43,203 bases of DNA, from positions 45,272,285 through 45,315,487 of the forward strand of contig NC_068985.1 in the NCBI RefSeq assembly GCF_001194135.2. Direction: 5' to 3'. The notes beneath the pieces are model-generated. The model was not told the origin of the DNA and made no database searches. It saw nothing but the letters and a program-made list of their open reading frames with translations. Below are positions 37,349 to 43,203 of this stretch, piece after piece. Each line of letters begins with the position of its first letter. Position 1 is the stretch's first letter. The DNA is from Octopus bimaculoides (taxonomy: Eukaryota). Both the position numbers and the translations under genes were made by a program.

Positions 37349-37645
37349 CTCAGAACGTAACGGCAGACGAAATACCTCTAAGCACTTCGCCCGGCGTGCT
37401 AACGTTTCTTATTTCTTTATTGCCCACAAAGGGCTACACACAGAGGGGACAAACAAAGACAGACAAAAGGATTAAGTCGATTATATCGACCCCAGTGCGT
37501 AACTGGTACTTATTTAATCGAGCCCGAAAGGATGAAAGGCAAAGTCGACCTCCCCGGAATTTGAATTCAGAACGTAGCGGCAGACGAAATACCGCTAAGC
37601 ATTTCGCCCGGCGTGCTAACGTTTCTGCCGGCTCGCTCTCTCATC
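37349..37645 (-). mobile_element. Head-to-tail tandem SINE-A variant copies with an alternative 3' tail; second copy runs into an N-gap
   Basis: Copy 1 ends ...agccctttgtgggcaataaagaaata and is followed directly by agaaacgttagcacgccgggcg, the start of copy 2 minus its first ~15 nt. Confidence 0.8.
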
Positions 37646-38149
37646 CAGAAATATTGTAAACAAATTTAACGTGTATAAAGCTGAAATGTTATTTCACAAA
37701 TAAGAGAGCTTTTACTTTTCCTTATATTCTTTTATTCGTTTCAAACATTGGATTTGAGCAACACAGAAACACCCGCTTGACGGTTTGGCATGTATGGGTG
37801 TGTTTGTATGTGTTTATGTATATGTACAGGCGTGTGTATTTTATTAATGACATAACTGTGTTCCAGTTTTTTCTTGTTTATAGCAATCTTTTCAAATGTT
37901 AATATTGATTTCTTGCGGTCAGTCTGGAACAACCAAGCTTTAAGTCCTTACTCAACGTATCTAAACGTTCACGGTCTTATTTTATAGAACCGGATCAGAT
38001 TTTGTATCTGCGTTCAATTTTATAAACAGATGGAATTCTTTGTAGACTTTCCCGTCATGGGTTATGATTTTACTTTTATGCTTCGATGATAGCAATCACG
38101 AGTTAAATTGTTCTGTTGTGGTCAAATATTTTTGTCAGGAGGATTTCAC

Positions 38150-38480
38150 GTTAGTATCCATACATCAAATTTTCGATATGTGCGTCGTTTTGGCGTTACT
38201 TTGACATTGTATTACGATATTTAATATGGTTTTTAAGATGGACCTTTTCAAAGAATACCCAGAATTATCCTTTAGTATGTTTCCATCTAACTTTGCACGC
38301 TGTTTAAAAAAATTTTTTTTTAGTATAGTATATTACAATTGCATGGTAAGTCTATGAAACAGTGTTGTACTGGTATGTCCAATACAACACCTGGTGTACT
38401 GAAATTTAAAACTCAGTTTTACAGTGAAATTTGTCGAATATGTTGATCACTAGTAGCCAGTTTTCGGTTTTCCATATTTG
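38150..38480 (-). mobile_element. Possible decayed Penelope-like element (GIY-YIG remnant)
   Basis: CIGHTSTTLFHRLTMQL resembles YIG.T.T.L..RL.MH; upstream INIFDKFHC resembles NVIYKF.C, in another frame. Confidence 0.35.
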
Positions 38481-38981
38481 TGATGTTCTGTTTAAAAGAA
38501 GGGCTTTGATCTTGGTGCCGCTCTAGTATATGAAAAATTTTAGTTTATTCCTGCTAACCTGACGTCAAAATCTTCGGTGTGAAAATCTACAGAAAACTCG
38601 ATCAGTATGAAAAGAGCAACACAGATATTAAATATATTCTAATTCTTGAAAATGAGGCTGTGAATATCTGGAAACGTTGAATATCGATTTAGGAATTTTT
38701 ATTGATTCAAACGAACTACTAGAAATTGCTAGGAAGGTATGACATATCTGTGATGACAAAAGATAAAACTAGAACACAGTTGTGCTTTTAATAAAACATG
38801 GCGAAGCATGTATAAGAGAAAAGCTGTTCTCTTACCTATACGAATATATACTCATGTATATATACATACATTCATATTTATACATGTATAGACTTTCCGT
38901 ATTCCCGAGCGTCATACTAATACATCCTTTTGTTGTTTACACCACCTGTCCTCGTCTGTTGTTGTTCTTTCGTACATTCTC

Positions 38982-39022
<41 letters not shown>

Positions 39023-40062
39023 AACATATGTGTATATATGTGTGTATGTGTGTGTGTGCGTGATCGTGTGTATGTACACATACTTATTTATATGTTAGTT
39101 TCCATATATGTACGTGACTAGATAAACAACATATTTTTATTTGTTAATCTTGGCATGTACAGTGAATATAATAACTTGGAGACAATATTATCCAGTGAAT
39201 AAGCAAGTATGGATAATCTTCTAAAAAAACACCTAATGGGACATTGATAAATATATATAAACGCACACACGTATGCACGTACACACACGCACGCAGACAC
39301 AGACGCGTACACATGTGTTCACACACAGACGCACACATGCAAAAACACATATTTACACAACCACATCATGTATATGTATGTGCGTGTGTATGTATGTGTG
39401 CATGTAAGCATATATATGATTCAGTTTACTGTCATCTTATTAGTTACTCTACAGACAAATTCTCAAGCAATAAAACATAGTTCTCACACTGTCCGTTTTA
39501 TATGTCTTCCCAATCTAATTATTTCAAATGAATTGCTTAAGAGCAAAATCATTAAAAATGTCGCTCAGTAATTCTGGTGCTAGCAGAATAGTAAATTGAG
39601 ACAGTCGTAAACAGAGACGAGATAACGTTTTCTTTTTATATTGATAACTGAAAAATCGGCTTTAAATTGAAAAACACGTCCGTATAAATTATATCGCCAA
39701 GAATTATTTTCTATGACACCATCAAGCAAATATATTCAGTTCTGCATCACATAGGAACGTTCTACATTAAATTGGAACTCTGAGAAAAATTTACCACATA
39801 ATTAAATAACAGTCACATCTATTCAATAATTAAACATTATCGTTTTTGTTTTTCTGTATGTTTGTTAATTTAATGTCCGTCCATCCGTCCATCCATACTT
39901 ACGATTGTCTGTCTGCTTTCATAAATATAAAACGAGGGGTAGCGTCAGCTCCCTTCTTTGAGAAAAGTATTAATGTCACATAATAATAGCATTCTTTCTC
40001 CCACGCGTCATTTATTTTATCATATATGTGGCATAGTATACCTGAGGATGAAATATGCTTTT

Positions 40063-40260
40063 GCCTTTTACTTGTTTCAGTCATTGAAGTGTGGCCATGC
40101 TGGTGCAACGTCTTGAATGATTTAGTCGAACAAAGTGACCCCAGAACGTATCTTTTAAAACCTAGTACTCATTGCCGAAACCCTAAATTACGGGTGCGTA
40201 AACAAATCAGCATCATTTATCAGGGAAAATACAAAACACAAAGCTCCCCGCTCTCCACAC
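40063..40260 (-). mobile_element. SINE family B, degraded 3' part
   Basis: cttttacttgtttcagtcatt..gtggccatgctgg is the reverse complement of the B tail. Confidence 0.55.
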
Positions 40261-41181
40261 GCACAGGAATACTTTTCAATATTATTCTTTTTATACATCA
40301 GAAACCGCAACCGTTAACTTTTACATGTCTTTTGAATTTGGCAATTTCAATTCTGTTGATATTAATTCTAAAATTATTTTCGTCAATGCCTGTGATCCAG
40401 TGATTTTTCAATTGTTTGATGTTGTAGCACACTGGAGATTAAATAAAATATCATTCATATAATTCACAAGAAATGTTTTGAGAAAACTGTTTTAAAGCTG
40501 AAACTTTAGAAATATGGACACACANNNNNNNNNNNNNNNNNNNNNNNNNNNNNNNNNNNNNNNNNNNNNNNNNNNNNNNNNNNNNNNNNNNNNNNNNNNN
40601 NNNNNNNNNNNNNNNNNNNNNNNNNNNNNNNNNNNNNNNNNNNNNNNNNNNNNNNNNNNNNNNNNNNNNNNNNNNNNNNNNNNNNNNNNNNNNNNNNNNN
40701 NNNNNNNNNNNNNNNNNNNNNNNNNNNNNNNNNNNNNNNNNNNNNNNNNNNNNNNNNNNNNNNNNNNNNNNNNNNNNNNNNNNNNNNNNNNNNNNNNNNN
40801 NNNNNNNNNNNNNNNNNNNNNNNNNNNNTATATATATATATATATATATATCAATAAATATAATATATATTTTTTATGTACTACTATTAGTTTCATGTGC
40901 TGAGACCATGCCAAACAATGTTTATAAAGACGTCTGATGTCATAGCACATTCATCAGGCACTGCCAACATGGCATAAGGAACTAAAAATAATACTGTGCT
41001 GATAGGATGAGAGAAAAAGCGAGAAAAAGTGTGAATGAAGTAGATATAAAAGTCCTAAGATTGATAAACGAGAAAATGGAAAAGAAAGCAGGAAAATGCA
41101 AATGGGAAAAATTGGAGTTATTTCTCCTTATTTTTTGTTGCTCGCCTTGTTTCAATAATCATACTTTTTGTCTCTGAATAG

Positions 41182-41426
41182 CTCAGACTATCGGATATTG
41201 TTATACACCGCAAAGTCATAATACACTTGCTCGCATTGTTGTGCGTTTTCGAAAGATGCCACTCCCAAGCAGGACAACGTTTCCACTGAACGGGATGCCA
41301 CTCCGTCACTGGGTTAACCATTTACAGTTGAGTGGAGAGGAACAACGTGAAATGAAGTGTATTATTCAAGAGCACAACATACGCGCCTTCACAACCATAC
41401 TTTGTACAATAAATATAAAGCATTAA
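41182..41426 (+). CDS. Weak candidate terminal exon
   Basis: tttttgtctctgaatag|CT CAG...: open 80 codons to TAA (QTIGYCYTPQSHNTLARIVVRFRKMPLPSR...QEHNIRAFTTILCTINIKH*); no recognised homology. Confidence 0.22.
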
Positions 41427-41451
41427 ATGACATGCTTAAAAATATTTAAAG

Positions 41452-42110
41452 CAGGGTGCGATGGGTAAATTATTGTGATTTTATATTTGTAATTTCGCGC
41501 ATACACATTGTTTCTTTTTGATTTTGTCGACTACACAGTATACTAGGGTCAGTTGGGCACCGTCTATGAGAAAAACAGCACCATGACGCAATGCACTCTG
41601 GAAACGACTTTCTGTACTGCTTGGCATTCGTGCCGGACGTTCCAGTCCGAACACTTCAAAGTGTTTGGTTTCAATCTGAGGACAGTGCAATCCGAGGACA
41701 TGTACCGAGTGTGATAAAAATCAAACATCCAGTCTACATTAGGAGAACCCAGTCATGGCTGTCAGACAATTTCTACGACCACATCACCCCTAACATTTGG
41801 CCACCTATCTCCTCAGACTGCAGTACCCTCAATTATTATGCGTAGGGCTCAGTTGAACGAGAGTTCAACAAAACTCCTTGTAACACCAAAGATGAACCGA
41901 AGGTAAGGATTATGGAAGCATTCACCAACTTAAACAAAGGAGACCGTCCAGAAGTGTTACAGGAGATTCCGAAGTCGTTTCGAGGCCGTGGTTGAAGCCA
42001 ACGGCGATTTTATTGAATAAATTTACTCTTTAGTATTTCAAGATATTTTTATGCAATTTTGACAAATATATCTGTTAAAATGAGATGTCAGTGTTACTTT
42101 CATTTTTGTT
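41452..42110 (+). mobile_element. Internally deleted Tc1/mariner element, DD37D (maT)-like
   Basis: Starts cagggtgcgatgggtaaatt; remnant RRTQSWLSDNFYDHITPNIWPP.SSDC..LNYYA*G.VERE.NKTPCNTKDE...F.AVVEANGDFIE* (cf. WPP.SPDLNPLDY.VWG). Confidence 0.75.
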
Positions 42111-42349
42111 TAATATATTAAAGTAATCTTATCAAATATGCTGATTACATAGGGGTATATCCATGGATCTCGTTAGTTTTTATACTTTCAGCTGTTCGAT
42201 GTGGTTTCGTGCAGCCATCATTAAGAGTACCTATTGTTTCTGTGGTGTCTGTGCAGGATTATATTTTGAGCATATATGGTGAGGTAATAGCTTAGCTACT
42301 AGGTCCAACAGCTTAGCTACTGTACTATACAAATGAATGAAAGAAAACA

Positions 42350-42545
42350 CTGGATTCAAATTTTGGGGAAGGGGTAAGTCGATTACATCGACCCCAGTGT
42401 TCAACTGGTATTTATTTTATCGATCTCCAAAGGATGAAACGCAAGTTCAATCTCGGCAGAATTTGAGCTCAGGACATTATGACAAATGAAACGCCGCTAA
42501 ACATTTTACCCGGCGTGTTAACGTTTCTGTCAGCTCGCTGCCTTA
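42350..42545 (-). mobile_element. SINE family A
   Basis: Reverse complement ggcagcgagctgacagaaacgttaacacgccggg...gagctcaaattctgcc. Confidence 0.8.
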
Positions 42546-42721
42546 ATGAACCAAAGAAACATTATAACATTATAACTTCTTCCTCTTAAGACGCTGGGTG
42601 TGATTTAACGAAAGATTGCTGTTATTTCTAGTTACTCATATGGCGGCAAATATATTTTTATGAGTATTATTCATCTGCGTACGTGCTTGCATACGTGTGT
42701 ATGCGCACGCGAAACAATAAA

Positions 42722-42764
<43 letters not shown>

Positions 42765-43171
42765 TGTGGCAGATATATTCTAAGAATTCAATTTCGAACT
42801 GACTAATGTCACGTGACATTTATTTAGAGAAAAATTAACAAACTAAACCGTGTAACTGCAGCAGCCTTTGTCACTTTTGATTGAACAAGCATCTTGGGAA
42901 TATTATCCTTTCTCCCCCAATCTCTTTGCAGCACCACTACACCGCAACATCACCGCAACGCAACACCGCAGTCCACACGGTCTCTATCTCCACCCTCCTT
43001 TCTCACTGGTTTACTCTTTTATTTATCTATTTATTTTCAATCTGTTTTTCGCACATTTCTTATATGCTTTACTCCTTTTCTCTCTCTCTTTCTATGTATA
43101 TATATATGTATATATATACATATATATACATATATATACACATCTATATGTGTATGTATATGTGTGTGTAT

Positions 43172-43203
<32 letters not shown>

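Overview
AT-rich, microsatellite-dense eukaryotic DNA from a draft assembly with eight N-gaps. The SINE and LINE repertoire resembles Octopus (inferred from recognised repeat families, not from a search). The one complete protein-coding gene is an intronless, strongly diverged EB1/MAPRE-family gene (7094..8029, minus strand). It has altered microtubule- and SxIP-binding surfaces and no acidic EEY/F tail, so it is probably a retrogene. Several isolated exon-like segments (19.5, 24.6, 25.8, 29.9 and 41.2 kb) suggest one or two multi-exon host genes that I could not identify. The rest is mostly transposon debris: R4/Dong-type LINE pieces embedded in (TAA)n tracts (one with a twin-priming-type inversion), L1/Tx1-like ORF1 and 3' pieces, RTE and CR1-like fragments, a deleted mariner with both TIRs, a DD37D-like mariner, a Helentron-type HINE, and two tRNA-derived SINE families (called A and B here). 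One SINE-A pair is head-to-tail and carries a Tx1-like tail. Most long ORFs in the supplied track are artefacts of microsatellites or N-runs.
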